Assembly (NCBI GenBank): GCA_035544635.1
Contig: DATKDQ010000222.1
Location: 1 to 52,388 of the forward strand
DNA: 52,388 nt
DNA from: Thermoanaerobaculia bacterium
GTDB taxonomy: Bacteria; Acidobacteriota; Thermoanaerobaculia; Multivoradales; Multivoraceae
Direction: 5' to 3'
Shown: piece by piece, positions 10,741-19,979 of the stretch
How positions within the stretch are numbered: position 1 is the stretch's first letter
Layout of the letters: every line of letters begins with the position of its first letter
Notes under the pieces: model-generated
Seen by the model: the letters and a program-made list of their open reading frames with translations, nothing else
What the model was told of the DNA's origin: nothing
The model's database searches: none
Translations under genes and position numbers: made by a program

Positions 10741-11302
10741 TGGCCGCCGGGTCGTGTTCCTGGGCCCTCCGGGATCGGGCAAGGGCACCCAGGCGGCGCT
10801 GCTCGCCGAGGATCTCGGTGTCCCCGCGATCTCGACCGGCGACATGCTGCGCGAGGCGGTCGCGAACGGGAGCGAGATCGGCCGCCGCGTGCGCAAGATC
10901 ATGGAGGCCGGCGAGCTGGTCGGCGACGAGCTGATGGCCGACGTGGTCAAGGAACGGCTGGGGCATGCGGACGCCGGACGCGGGTTCTTGCTCGACGGGT
11001 TCCCGCGGACGGCCGCCCAGGCGGAGACCCTGCGTCAGATCCTGGACGGCGTGTCCGAAGACCTCGATCACGTGGTGTTCATCGACGTGCCCGAGGAGGA
11101 GCTGGTGCGCCGGGCGCTCCTGCGCCAGCGCGCCGACGACAGGGACGACGTGGTGCGCGAGCGGCTCCGGGTGTATCGCGAGAAGACCCAGCCGCTGGTC
11201 GAGGACTACCGGGCGCAGGGGCTGCTGCGTGAGATCGACGGCAACCGCGAGGTGGACACGGTGCGGCGCGCGATCCTCGACGCGCTCGAGGTGAACGGCT
11301 GA
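10724..11302 (+). CDS. adk: Adenylate kinase (short-lid form)
   Basis: VVFLGPPGSGKGTQA P-loop and GFLLDGFPRT. The GTG start overlaps the end of secY by 17 nt. Confidence 0.92.
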   Translation: MGAAGDGRRVVFLGPPGSGKGTQAALLAEDLGVPAISTGDMLREAVANGSEIGRRVRKIMEAGELVGDELMADVVKERLGHADAGRGFLLDGFPRTAAQAETLRQILDGVSEDLDHVVFIDVPEEELVRRALLRQRADDRDDVVRERLRVYREKTQPLVEDYRAQGLLREIDGNREVDTVRRAILDALEVNG

Positions 11303-12063
11303 TGGTGCTCAAGACGATCGGCGAGATCGAGTTGATGGCGAATGCGAACGCGATCGTGCACCGGGTGCTCGACGATCTGGCGGCGATGATCGCGCCGGGG
11401 ATCACCACCCGGGAGCTCGACCGCGCCGCGGAGGAGATCATCCGCGCCGCGGGCGCGGTGCCGGCGTTCCTCGACTACAAGGGCTATCCGGCGACGCTCT
11501 GTACCTCGGTGGACGACGTGATCGTACACGGCATTCCGAACGACGAGCCCTTGAAGGAGGGCGCCATTCTCGGTGTCGACTGCGGCGTGCTCTACAAGGG
11601 ATACTACGGCGATGCGGCGCGCACCTTCCCGGTGGGCCGCATCGGTGAGACGGCGAACCGGCTGCTCCAGGTGACGCGGGAGGCGCTCGAGCTGGCGGTC
11701 GAGCACGCTCGTCCTGGCAGCCGCCTCTCCGACATCGGCCACGCCGTCGAGAGCCACGTCGTCGATCATGGCTTCTCGGTGGTCCGCGAGTTCGTGGGGC
11801 ACGGCATCGGCACGTCGCTTCACGAGGACCCGCAGATCCCGAACTTCGGAAAGCCGGGGCGAGGTCCGAAGCTGCGTCCGGGAATGGTCCTCGCGATCGA
11901 GCCGATGGTGAACGCTGGAGGCCCCGACGTCAGGGTCGACCCCGACGGCTGGACCGCCCGCACCGCGGACGGATCCTTGTCGGCGCACTTCGAGTTCTCG
12001 GTGGCGATCACCGAGTCCGGGCCGCGGGTGCTCGACCGGGCTGGTTACGGAAATGCCGGTTAG
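11302..12063 (+). CDS. map: Type I methionine aminopeptidase
   Basis: 253 aa. The metal-ligand context is VIVHGIP, VDCGV..GYYGD, HGIG, LAIEPM and EFSV. Confidence 0.94.
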   Translation: MVLKTIGEIELMANANAIVHRVLDDLAAMIAPGITTRELDRAAEEIIRAAGAVPAFLDYKGYPATLCTSVDDVIVHGIPNDEPLKEGAILGVDCGVLYKGYYGDAARTFPVGRIGETANRLLQVTREALELAVEHARPGSRLSDIGHAVESHVVDHGFSVVREFVGHGIGTSLHEDPQIPNFGKPGRGPKLRPGMVLAIEPMVNAGGPDVRVDPDGWTARTADGSLSAHFEFSVAITESGPRVLDRAGYGNAG

Positions 12064-12087
12064 CACTTCCTACACCGGGCGTGATTT

Positions 12088-12105
12088 CGCGCCGCGGACG
12101 GCGCG
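12088..12105 (+). repeat. Hairpin-B element copy (map-infA spacer)
   Basis: CGCGCCG-cgga-CGGCGCG, a perfect 7-bp stem followed by GCGCTCCGATGAGG, which resembles the element's linker. Confidence 0.65.
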
Positions 12106-12150
12106 GGCGCTCCGATGAGGACGCGACTCGAGAAGGACGAGGGGTAAAGG

Positions 12151-12375
12151 GTGTCGAACAAGGAAGAGGCGATCGAGGTCGAGGCTACGGTGGAGGAGAC
12201 CCTCCCCAACGCGATGTTCCGAGTCAAGCTCGACAACGGTCACGCAGTTCTCGCTCATATCTCCGGCAAGATGCGCAAGCACTTCATCCGTATCTTGCCG
12301 GGAGACAAAGTGCTGGTCGAGCTGTCGCCGTACGACGTGACGCGCGGCCGCATCGTGTACCGGCTTCGCGGTTGA
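12151..12375 (+). CDS. infA: Translation initiation factor IF-1
   Basis: 74 aa with ...[41 protein letters not shown]. Confidence 0.96.
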   Translation: MSNKEEAIEVEATVEETLPNAMFRVKLDNGHAVLAHISGKMRKHFIRILPGDKVLVELSPYDVTRGRIVYRLRG

Positions 12376-12385
12376 AGGTGACGTC

Positions 12386-12499
12386 ATGAAGGTGAGACCG
12401 TCGGTGAAGAGAATGTGTCCGAAGTGCAAGATCATCCGGCGCCACGGCGTGATCCGGGTGATCTGCGAGAACCCCAAGCACAAGCAACGGCAGGGATGA
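12386..12499 (+). CDS. rpmJ: 50S ribosomal protein L36
   Basis: Not in the ORF track because it is too short. My own translation gives [37 protein letters not shown], with the CxxC...CxxxxH zinc ribbon. It sits in the canonical infA-rpmJ-rpsM position. Confidence 0.93.
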   Translation: MKVRPSVKRMCPKCKIIRRHGVIRVICENPKHKQRQG

Positions 12500-12502
12500 C
12501 CC

Positions 12503-12883
12503 ATGGCGCGAATCGCAGGGATCGATCTTCCTCCCAACAAGCGCGTCGAGATCGGGCTGACCTCGATCTACGGAGTCGGTCGCTCGCGCGCGATTCAGGT
12601 GCTCGCGAAGGCCGAGGTCACGGCCGCGACCAAGGTCAAGGACCTCACCGAGGACGAGGCGCGTCGGATCCGCAAGGTGATCCAGGACGAGGGCCGGGTC
12701 GAGGGTGATCTGCGCAAGGAGATGACCACCGACATCAAGCGGCTGATGGAGATCGGCTGCTACCGGGGCGTACGCCACCGCCGTGGCCTGCCGGTCCGCG
12801 GTCAGCGCACGCATACCAACGCGCGCACGCGCAAGGGCCCGCGCCGCCAATCGATCGCCGGCAAGAAGAAAGTGAAGAAGTAG
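12503..12883 (+). CDS. rpsM: 30S ribosomal protein S13
   Basis: [26 protein letters not shown]..., 126 aa. Confidence 0.97.
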   Translation: MARIAGIDLPPNKRVEIGLTSIYGVGRSRAIQVLAKAEVTAATKVKDLTEDEARRIRKVIQDEGRVEGDLRKEMTTDIKRLMEIGCYRGVRHRRGLPVRGQRTHTNARTRKGPRRQSIAGKKKVKK

Positions 12884-12889
12884 GGAGAC

Positions 12890-13312
12890 GTGATGGCGAA
12901 GGCAGCTGCACCAGCACCAACAGAGCGGAGAGGCACCGCGTCGGCGCGCCGCAAGGACAAGCGGACCGTCCCGCACGGAGTAGCCAACATCCAGGCCAGC
13001 TTCAATAACACGGTGATCTCGATCTGCGATCCGGATGGCAACGTGATCACCTGGTCGTCGGCGGGGCGCGCCGGTTTCAAGGGCTCGCGGAAGGGAACGC
13101 CGTTCGCCGCTCAGGTCGCCGCGCAGAACGCGGGACACCAGGCGCGGGACCACGGCGTGCGTACGGTCGACGTCCTGGTGAGGGGCCCGGGAGCGGGTCG
13201 CGAGTCCGCGATCCGAGCGCTGCAGACCACTGGGATCGACGTGAAGTCGATCCGCGACGTCACGCCCATCCCGCACAACGGGTGCCGACCGCGCAAGCGG
13301 CGGCGCGTGTAG
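12890..13312 (+). CDS. rpsK: 30S ribosomal protein S11
   Basis: [30 protein letters not shown]...[13 protein letters not shown]. The start is GTG 12890 or the adjacent ATG 12893. Confidence 0.95.
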   Translation: MMAKAAAPAPTERRGTASARRKDKRTVPHGVANIQASFNNTVISICDPDGNVITWSSAGRAGFKGSRKGTPFAAQVAAQNAGHQARDHGVRTVDVLVRGPGAGRESAIRALQTTGIDVKSIRDVTPIPHNGCRPRKRRRV

Positions 13313-13328
13313 CGCCGTCCGCGACGCC
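13312..13328 (-). repeat. Degenerate inverted hairpin-B copy (rpsK-rpoA spacer)
   Basis: GCGCCG-tccg-CGACGC, with one stem mismatch, immediately after the rpsK stop. Confidence 0.5.
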
Positions 13329-13399
13329 CATGTGATGGCGAGCGAGGGCGTGGTGTCACCACGGCCGGAGCGAGCGCAGTACAACGAAGGAGCAAAGCA

Positions 13400-14395
13400 A
13401 TGCATTGGAAGGGTTTTCAGCGCCCGCAGCGGGTGGAAGTCGACAGCGGGTCCATCTCGTCCACGTTCGCCCGGCTCTCGGCCCAGCCGTTCGAGCGCGG
13501 CTTCGCGACCACGGTCGGCAACGCTTTGCGGCGGGCTCTCTTGTCCTCGATCGAGGGCGCGGCCATCACCGCCGTGCACATCGAAGGAGTGCTGCATGAG
13601 TTCTCCTCGATCTCGGGCGTGGTCGAGGACGTGTCGGACATCATTCTGAACCTCAAGCAGATCCCGATCCGGTTGCACTCGGACGAGCCGAAGATCATCG
13701 CGATCGAGGCGCAGGGACCGCGCGTGGTGACGGCCGGCGACTTCGTCGCCGATCCGACCATCGAGATCGTCGACCCTGATCGGCCGATCGCAACGCTCAA
13801 CGACGAGGGCGTGCTCAAGCTCGAGGCGCAGGTGCGCAACGGCCGCGGGTTCGTGTCTGCCGACAAGAACTTCGATGAGTCGATGGGCATCGGCTGGGTC
13901 CCGATCGACTCGGTGCACAGCCCGGTGCGCAAGGTGAACTACACGGTCGAATCGGCCCGGGTCGGCCGGGCGACCGACTACGAGCGTCTGGCCCTCGAGG
14001 TCTGGACCAACGGCACCATCAGCCCCGAGGACGCGGTGTCGCTCGCGGCCATGCTGCTCAAGGACCACCTCACGATCTTCATCCATCTCGAAGAGAGCAT
14101 GAAGGAAGAGCCACGGGCGCAGAGCGACCAGGAGCTGTCCGGGCTCGACGCGCTGCTCGCCAAGGAGATCGACGAGCTCGATCTCTCGGTGCGGTCGGCG
14201 AACTGTCTGAAGAACGCGAACATCCACACGCTTCGCGATCTGGTCCGCAAGTCCGAGAAGGACATGCTCGAGACCAAGAACTTCGGGCGCAAGTCCCTCG
14301 AGGAGCTGCAGGAGCTGCTGGGAAGGCTCGGGCTGGGGTTCGGCATGGACGTGCCCGCCGCGCCGCCGCGCCGGGGGGCCTCGGTGATCGCGTAA
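13400..14395 (+). CDS. rpoA: DNA-directed RNA polymerase subunit alpha
   Basis: 331 aa. The N-terminal domain has [24 protein letters not shown]. The C-terminal domain has [23 protein letters not shown]. Confidence 0.97.
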   Translation: MHWKGFQRPQRVEVDSGSISSTFARLSAQPFERGFATTVGNALRRALLSSIEGAAITAVHIEGVLHEFSSISGVVEDVSDIILNLKQIPIRLHSDEPKIIAIEAQGPRVVTAGDFVADPTIEIVDPDRPIATLNDEGVLKLEAQVRNGRGFVSADKNFDESMGIGWVPIDSVHSPVRKVNYTVESARVGRATDYERLALEVWTNGTISPEDAVSLAAMLLKDHLTIFIHLEESMKEEPRAQSDQELSGLDALLAKEIDELDLSVRSANCLKNANIHTLRDLVRKSEKDMLETKNFGRKSLEELQELLGRLGLGFGMDVPAAPPRRGASVIA

Positions 14396-14413
14396 CCAGG
14401 ACAACCGGAGACC

Positions 14414-14436
14414 GGCGGAGGTGCTTCCTCTCCGCC
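14414..14436 (+). other. Stem-loop in the rpoA-rplQ spacer
   Basis: GGCGGAG-gtgcttcct-CTCCGCC, a 7-bp stem with no U tract. Confidence 0.5.
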
Positions 14437-14462
14437 CCGTCGTTCGGTCGGAGACAGAACAG

Positions 14463-14864
14463 ATGCGTCACGCACAGAGAGGCCGCAAGCTCGGCCGGAC
14501 GACGTCCCACCGGCTGGCGATGTTTCGCAACCAGTTGGCGTCGCTCGTCGTCCACGAGCGGATCGTCACCACGCTGCCCAAGGCGAAGGAGTTGCGGCCG
14601 ATCGCCGAGAAGCTGGTGACGCGCGGCAAGGGGGGCTCGGTGGCGGACCGCCGCCAGGTTTCGCGCGTCCTCCAGGACCGCGATCACGTCAAGAAGCTGT
14701 TCGACGACATCGGGCCGCGGTTCGCGGACCGTGCCGGCGGCTATCTGCGCATCGTGAAGCTCGGTCCCCGTCAGGGCGACGGAGCCGAGACCGCCGCCCT
14801 GCAGTTCGTGGACTACGATCCCGCCAAAGCGGCGGAGGCGAAAGAGAAGAAAGAGAAGAAGTAG
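14463..14864 (+). CDS. rplQ: 50S ribosomal protein L17
   Basis: ATG 14463 gives [24 protein letters not shown]. Lys/Glu-rich C-terminal tail. Confidence 0.95.
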   Translation: MRHAQRGRKLGRTTSHRLAMFRNQLASLVVHERIVTTLPKAKELRPIAEKLVTRGKGGSVADRRQVSRVLQDRDHVKKLFDDIGPRFADRAGGYLRIVKLGPRQGDGAETAALQFVDYDPAKAAEAKEKKEKK

Positions 14865-14868
14865 TTAC

Positions 14869-14895
14869 GGCGGCGCGGCCGCGCTCTGCGCCGCC
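14869..14895. terminator. GC-rich hairpin between convergent rplQ and the EF-G paralog
   Basis: GGCGGCGC-(11 nt)-GCGCCGCC. There is no U tract on either strand, so an intrinsic-terminator role is uncertain. It abuts the stop codon of the minus-strand gene. Confidence 0.35.
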
Positions 14896-16991
14896 TAAGA
14901 CGCCGCCGCCTGCTCCCGCGCACGCCGATCCTCGGCGATGATCTTGTCCTGGATCTGGCGTGGCACCTCCTCGTAGTGCGAGTAGGCCATGGTGTAGCTC
15001 GAGCGGCCCTGGGTCATCGAGGTCAAGGCCTGCGAGTAGTCGAGCATCTCCGAGAGCGGCACCAGCGCCTTGACCACCTGGGTGTGGGCGCCGCGGGCGT
15101 CCATGCCCTGCGGCCGGCCCCGCCGCTGCGAGAGGTCGCTCATGATGTCGCCCATGAACTCCTCGGAGGTGACGATCTCGACGCTCATGACGGGCTCGAG
15201 CAGCGTCGGTCGGGCCTTCGCCATGGCGTCCTTCCATGCCAGGGAGCCAGCGATCTTGAACGCGAGCTCCGAGGAGTCGACGTCATGGTACTGGCCGTCG
15301 ATCAGACGCACGCGGAAGTCGACCACCGGATGGCTGGTGTTGAATCCGTGGGTGGCTGCTTCGACGATCCCCTTCTCGACCGCGGGTCGGAAGTTGAGGG
15401 GAATGGCGCCGCCGAAGATCTCGTCGGCGAACTCGAACTTCTCCCCGCGCGCCAGCGGCTCGATGACGATCTTGCAGTCGGCGAACTGCCCTCGACCGCC
15501 GGTCTGCTTCTTGTGGCGGCCGTGGCCTTCGGCCGATGTCGTGACGGTCTCGCGGTACGGCACCTTCGGCGGATGGAGGATCAGATCGACCTTGTAGCGG
15601 CTCTTGAGCTTGGCCACCGCGATCTCCACGTGGAGCTGGCCGGCTCCGGAGAGCAGGAACTCGCCGGTCTGTGGGTCACGGTGAGTAGCCAGTCCGACGT
15701 CCTCGTCGAGCAGACGCGTGATCGCCTCGCCGATCTTCTCCTCGTCGCCCTTGGACTTGGGCTCGAGCGCGAACGTGATCGCCGGCTGCGGCGCCTCGAA
15801 CCAGGCCAGTTTCACCGCACGCTCCTTGGCGCACAGCGTGTCGCCGGTCGACGAGACCTTGAGCTTGGCCACCGCCCCGATGTCACCGCAGACCAGCGTG
15901 GGCGTCGGGCTGCCCTGCTTGCCCTGAGCCAGGATCAGCGCACCGGCGCGCTCGCTGTCCTCCACGCGCGGGTTCCACAAGGTGGTATCGGAGGAGAGCG
16001 TGCCGCTCGTCACCCGCAGCAGCGAGAGCCGGCCGCTGGAGGGATCGTTGAGCGTCTTGAAGACGAGCGCAGCGACCGGCTCGGCCGGATCGCACTTGAT
16101 CTCGACCGGCTGCCCACCGAGATTGGTCGCGGGGAAGACTCCGCGGTCGGCCGGCGAGGGCAGCAGGTCGACCAGGGCGTCGAGCAGTGAAGCGGTCCCG
16201 ATGCCGTGCAGCGCGGAGCCGGTGGTGATGGGAAAGATCTGGCGCTGGGAAATCGCCCGACGCAGCCCCTTCCACAGCTCCTCGTCGTCGAGCGTCCCCT
16301 TCTCGAAAAACGTCTCCATCAGCGCTTCGTCGCTCTCGGCGACCGCCTCGATCAGCTTGCCGCGCCACTCCGCAACCGCGTCTTCCAACTCGGCGGGGAT
16401 GTCGGCGCCGCGGCCCTTGCCGTTGCCGTCGAGGTCGTAGGTGCGCGCCTGGCGGTGCACGATGTCGATGACTCCCGTCACATCGTGCTCGCTGCCGATC
16501 GGGAGCTGCACCGGAAGTGCGGTGCGCCCGAAGCGGGCGGCGAGCGACTCGGCGACGCCGAGGAAATCGGCACGCTCACGGTCGATCTTGGTGATGTGGA
16601 AGACGACGGGCAGGTCCATCTGCTCGGCGATCTCCCACATCTTCTCGGTCATGACCTCGATGCCGGAGGCGCCGCTCACGCAGAGCAGCGCGGCGTCGCT
16701 CGCACGCAGTCCGCACTCGGTCTCGGTCACGAAGATGGAGTAACCGGGGCAGTCGAGCAGGTTGATCTTGGTCTGGCGCCAGGGCGCGAAGGCGATCGCG
16801 AGGTTGATCGAGATCCGGCGTTCGATCTCCTGCGGGTCGAAATCGGTGACCGCGTTGCCGTCTTCGACCCGGAGCAGCCGATTGGCGACTCCCGTGGTGT
16901 AGAGGAGGGCGCTGGTCAGCGTGGTCTTGCCCGTATCGCTGTGGCCGACGACGGCCAGGTTTCGGATCTTGTCGGGGCTCGCGACCTGCAT
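14895..16991 (-). CDS. Elongation factor G paralog (EF-G-like translational GTPase)
   Basis: ATG 16991 gives MQVASPDKIRNLAVVGHSDTGKTT, with GGAGGA 8 nt upstream. G motifs present are GHSDTGKT, DCPG and TKID. EF-G domains II-V are recognisable (…RHKKQTGGRGQFA…). The 1076-aa track ORF is a spurious upstream extension. Confidence 0.88.
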   Translation of the reverse strand: MQVASPDKIRNLAVVGHSDTGKTTLTSALLYTTGVANRLLRVEDGNAVTDFDPQEIERRISINLAIAFAPWRQTKINLLDCPGYSIFVTETECGLRASDAALLCVSGASGIEVMTEKMWEIAEQMDLPVVFHITKIDRERADFLGVAESLAARFGRTALPVQLPIGSEHDVTGVIDIVHRQARTYDLDGNGKGRGADIPAELEDAVAEWRGKLIEAVAESDEALMETFFEKGTLDDEELWKGLRRAISQRQIFPITTGSALHGIGTASLLDALVDLLPSPADRGVFPATNLGGQPVEIKCDPAEPVAALVFKTLNDPSSGRLSLLRVTSGTLSSDTTLWNPRVEDSERAGALILAQGKQGSPTPTLVCGDIGAVAKLKVSSTGDTLCAKERAVKLAWFEAPQPAITFALEPKSKGDEEKIGEAITRLLDEDVGLATHRDPQTGEFLLSGAGQLHVEIAVAKLKSRYKVDLILHPPKVPYRETVTTSAEGHGRHKKQTGGRGQFADCKIVIEPLARGEKFEFADEIFGGAIPLNFRPAVEKGIVEAATHGFNTSHPVVDFRVRLIDGQYHDVDSSELAFKIAGSLAWKDAMAKARPTLLEPVMSVEIVTSEEFMGDIMSDLSQRRGRPQGMDARGAHTQVVKALVPLSEMLDYSQALTSMTQGRSSYTMAYSHYEEVPRQIQDKIIAEDRRAREQAAAS

Positions 16992-17058
16992 GCGAAGGGG
17001 TCCTCCGTCGCGGAGTTGAACGGAAAATATATCACTCGATACGGAGTCCGCCGGCCCT

Positions 17059-18420
17059 TCAGGCTGCCGCGGGCACCGACTTGAGCACCTGCACCGGACC
17101 GAATCGGGCGAGCTCCGAGGCCAGCGCGCCGGCCGGCCCGACCGCCACCACGGTCGCCTTCTCGGGGTCGAGGTGCTCGCGCAGGACACGGCGCAGGCGC
17201 CCCGGGCCGATAGTCGTGAGCTCCTCGAGATGGCGGTCGAAGTGATCGTCGTCCAATCCGTAGACCGCGATCTCCTCGAGCCGCCCCAGCAACCCGCTCT
17301 GGCTCTGCAGGCCGTAGGGGAAGACGCCTCGCAGATAGCGGATGCCCTCCTCGAGCTCCGCCGCCTCGACCGGCTCGTCCCGCAGCCGCGCGATCTCGGC
17401 GAGGATCTCTTCCGAGGCGCGCGCCACCGCCTGATTCGCGACCGCGGTCCAGACCAGGAACGGACCGGGTCCGCGACGGTCGACGAACGCACTGTGCGCG
17501 CCGTAGGTGAAGCCGTGACGCTCGCGCAGGTTGAGGTTGATACGGCTGGTGAACTTGCCGCCCAGGATGGTGTTGCCGAGGAGGAGCTCGGTGTGGTCGG
17601 GATGGTTGCGCGGCGGGCCGGCGTGCCCGACGCGCAGCTCGGTCTGAGCCGCGCCCGGCCGGTCGACCACGACGACCCGTCGGCGCTGCGGCGGCGCGAC
17701 GAGCGGTGGAGGCTGCGGGGGCTCCGCCGAGCCGAGCCCGGCGAGCGCCCGCTCCGCGGCGGCGAGCATCCGGTCGGTGTCGACGTCGCCGACCACGACC
17801 AGCGAGGCGTCCCGCGCGGTCCGGCGCTCGGTCCAGAATCGCACGATCTCCTCGCGCCGAATCGCGCGCAGCGACGAGTCGTCGCCGAGCAGGGAATGAC
17901 CGTACGGAGAGGCGCCGTAGACCGCCGCCGAGAACGCTTCCTCCGCGAGCGCCCCCGGTTGATCCCGGCGGCGCAGCCACTCGGCGAGGCGCTCCCGGCG
18001 CTGGCGCTCCACCTCGGCCTCCGCGAAGGCCGGATTCGAGGCGACATCGGAGAGGAGCTCGAGGCCGGTGTCGAGATCGCGCGACAGCACCCGCGCCGAG
18101 ACCGCAGCGGAGCTCCAACCCGCACCGCTGCCCAGGCTGCCGCCCAGGGATTCGATCTCCTCCGCGATCTGGCGCGACGACCGGGTGGTGGTGCCGTCCT
18201 CTAGCAGCGACGCGACGAATGCCGCGAGACCGGAGCGATCGGGCGGATCGGACGCGCCACTCCACGGGTAAGACAGGCGCATCGAGACCAGCGGCGTCCG
18301 GCGCTGCTCGAGCACGTATGCGGTGAGCCCGGCCGCCAGCCGCTCGCGCCGGAACGAAGGGAACCGGCAGGGGACGTCAGCAAGCGGGCTCGGAGGCCGG
18401 CTGCGATCGAGAGCCGTCAC
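17059..18420 (-). CDS. M16 family peptidase, non-catalytic (beta-like) subunit
   Basis: 453 aa with the pitrilysin fold pattern but no HxxEH motif. Overlaps the upstream M16 gene by 4 nt. Confidence 0.8.
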   Translation of the reverse strand: MTALDRSRPPSPLADVPCRFPSFRRERLAAGLTAYVLEQRRTPLVSMRLSYPWSGASDPPDRSGLAAFVASLLEDGTTTRSSRQIAEEIESLGGSLGSGAGWSSAAVSARVLSRDLDTGLELLSDVASNPAFAEAEVERQRRERLAEWLRRRDQPGALAEEAFSAAVYGASPYGHSLLGDDSSLRAIRREEIVRFWTERRTARDASLVVVGDVDTDRMLAAAERALAGLGSAEPPQPPPLVAPPQRRRVVVVDRPGAAQTELRVGHAGPPRNHPDHTELLLGNTILGGKFTSRINLNLRERHGFTYGAHSAFVDRRGPGPFLVWTAVANQAVARASEEILAEIARLRDEPVEAAELEEGIRYLRGVFPYGLQSQSGLLGRLEEIAVYGLDDDHFDRHLEELTTIGPGRLRRVLREHLDPEKATVVAVGPAGALASELARFGPVQVLKSVPAAA

Positions 18421-19766
18421 CCCGGTGCCTCCCTCCTCGGGTCGGCGACCTTCGGCGCCCCCGGCTCGGGCGCGGCCAGCTCGGACGCCGCCGGCTCGAC
18501 CCAGAGACGCGCCCGGTGGTCCGGGCGCAGGCTCCTCGACGCGAAGTCCTGGAGCTCACCGGCATCGATCTCCTGATAGGTCTCGATCTCGGAGGTCACG
18601 TCCTCGGGACGGTCGAAGTAGGTGGTGAGCTGCGACAGCAGGTCGGCGCGCCGGTCGAGGGTCTGCAGCTCGGCGAAGTAGCCGGTCAGGATGCGGTTGC
18701 GCACTCGCTCGAGCTCGGTCTCGTGAGCCGGAGTGTCGGCGGCAGCGGCCAGGTGCTCGTCGATGGCTCGGCCGAGCACGTCAGGGGGGACACCCGGCTT
18801 GGCGGTGGCCACCACGTGGAACGAGCCGCACGCCTCGGTGGGCAGCGCGTACGAGGCGACCGACTGCGCCAGCTCGCGCTCGTGGACGAGGTCCCGGTGG
18901 AGGCGACTCGCCTTGCCGCCGGCGAGCACGTGCGAGAGCAGGTCCGCCGCGTACCATTCCCGCTTGCCGTATGCCGGGATGGTGTACGCCAGGTAGATCC
19001 TCGGCAGCTGCACGCGGTCGGTGAGTCGGTCGAAGCGCTCGCCCGCGAGCCGCCCCGATGCCGTCGGCGCGGGCCGGGGTCCGCGACCCGCCGGGATCTC
19101 CCCGAAGTACCTCTCGACCAGCTCGACCGCCTGCCCCGGATCGAAGTCGCCCGCCAAGGTCAGGACGGCGTTGTCGGGGACGTACCAGGTGGAGAAGAAC
19201 TCGCGCACGTCGTCGAGCGTGGCGGCGGCGATGTCCTCCATGGTGCCGATCACCGGCCAACTGTACGGGTGCTCGGGCGGGAAGAGCAGCTCCCAGACCC
19301 GCTCCGCCGCGCGCCCGTACGGCTGATTGTCGACCCGCTGGCGCCGCTCGTTCATGACCACCTGTCGCTGGGTCTCGAGCTTCTCCGCGGTCATCCCGGG
19401 GAGCAGGAAACCCATCCGGTCCGACTCCAGCCACAGTCCGAGCTCGAGGCTCGAGGCCGGCAGCGTCTCGTAGTAGTTGGTGCGGTCGTACCAGGTCGAG
19501 CCGTTGGCCACACCCCCGACGCCCTGGACCCAACGGAAATGCTCATTGGCCCCGACGTGCGCGCTGCCCTGGAAGAGCATGTGCTCGAAGAGATGAGCGA
19601 AACCGGTCTTCCCCCGCCGCTCGTTCTTCGAACCGGTGTGGTACCAGAGGTTGATCGCGACCAGGGGCAGGGAAGCGTCGCGATGGAGCACCAGGCGCAG
19701 GCCGTTGGCCAGGCGGTGCCGTTCGATCTCGAGTGGCGGGGGGGCGAGGGCGGTCGCGATCGGCAC
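18417..19766 (-). CDS. M16 family zinc peptidase (HxxEH, pitrilysin-like)
   Basis: 449 aa. GFAHLFEHMLFQGS carries the inverted zinc motif HxxEH. Confidence 0.87.
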   Translation of the reverse strand: MPIATALAPPPLEIERHRLANGLRLVLHRDASLPLVAINLWYHTGSKNERRGKTGFAHLFEHMLFQGSAHVGANEHFRWVQGVGGVANGSTWYDRTNYYETLPASSLELGLWLESDRMGFLLPGMTAEKLETQRQVVMNERRQRVDNQPYGRAAERVWELLFPPEHPYSWPVIGTMEDIAAATLDDVREFFSTWYVPDNAVLTLAGDFDPGQAVELVERYFGEIPAGRGPRPAPTASGRLAGERFDRLTDRVQLPRIYLAYTIPAYGKREWYAADLLSHVLAGGKASRLHRDLVHERELAQSVASYALPTEACGSFHVVATAKPGVPPDVLGRAIDEHLAAAADTPAHETELERVRNRILTGYFAELQTLDRRADLLSQLTTYFDRPEDVTSEIETYQEIDAGELQDFASRSLRPDHRARLWVEPAASELAAPEPGAPKVADPRREAPG

Positions 19767-19940
19767 GCGGAGAGAAGTCTACCAACCGGTCCTGTCGGCT
19801 GCGTCACGGCAGACTGGTCCCAGCAACGACGTCACTGAGTGCCGTCGGTTGGCTCACTTTGCCGTCGTGCCTCCGTCAGCCAGGCCGCCGTGCAGGAGAC
19901 CGGGGGGGCACGAGCCGAGCCACTGTCCCGCGAGGCGGTC

Positions 19941-19970
19941 TTGACTTGCGCCTGGTTTTCGCCTTATGCT
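19941..19970 (+). promoter_or_regulatory. Candidate sigma-70 promoter of lexA
   Basis: TTGACT at 19941-19946, an 18-nt spacer, then TATGCT at 19965-19970. The ATG lies only 9 nt downstream of the -10 element, giving a near-leaderless geometry. Confidence 0.35.
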
Positions 19971-19979
19971 GCTCCGCCG

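Noticed and set aside
12284-14404. A 706-aa minus-strand ORF antisense to rpmJ, rpsM, rpsK and rpoA.
   Set aside because: - It lies opposite four confidently identified, highly conserved genes.
- Its translation is an Arg/Pro/Gly/Ala/His-rich, low-complexity sequence, typical of stop-poor antisense frames in high-GC DNA.
- It has no recognisable motifs.
19767-19979. Search for a LexA operator (SOS box) in the M16-lexA divergent region. Things noted were CTTGAC...GTCAAG flanking the lexA start, repeated GTCAC/CTCAC, and a GCCGTCG direct repeat.
   Set aside because: - No compact palindrome matches any LexA box I know (CTGT-N8-ACAG, GAAC-N4-GTTC, GTTC-N7-GTTC, or the Geobacter GGTT...ACC type).
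- The spacings are too large to call.
- A motif search across the genome's DNA-repair gene promoters would be needed.
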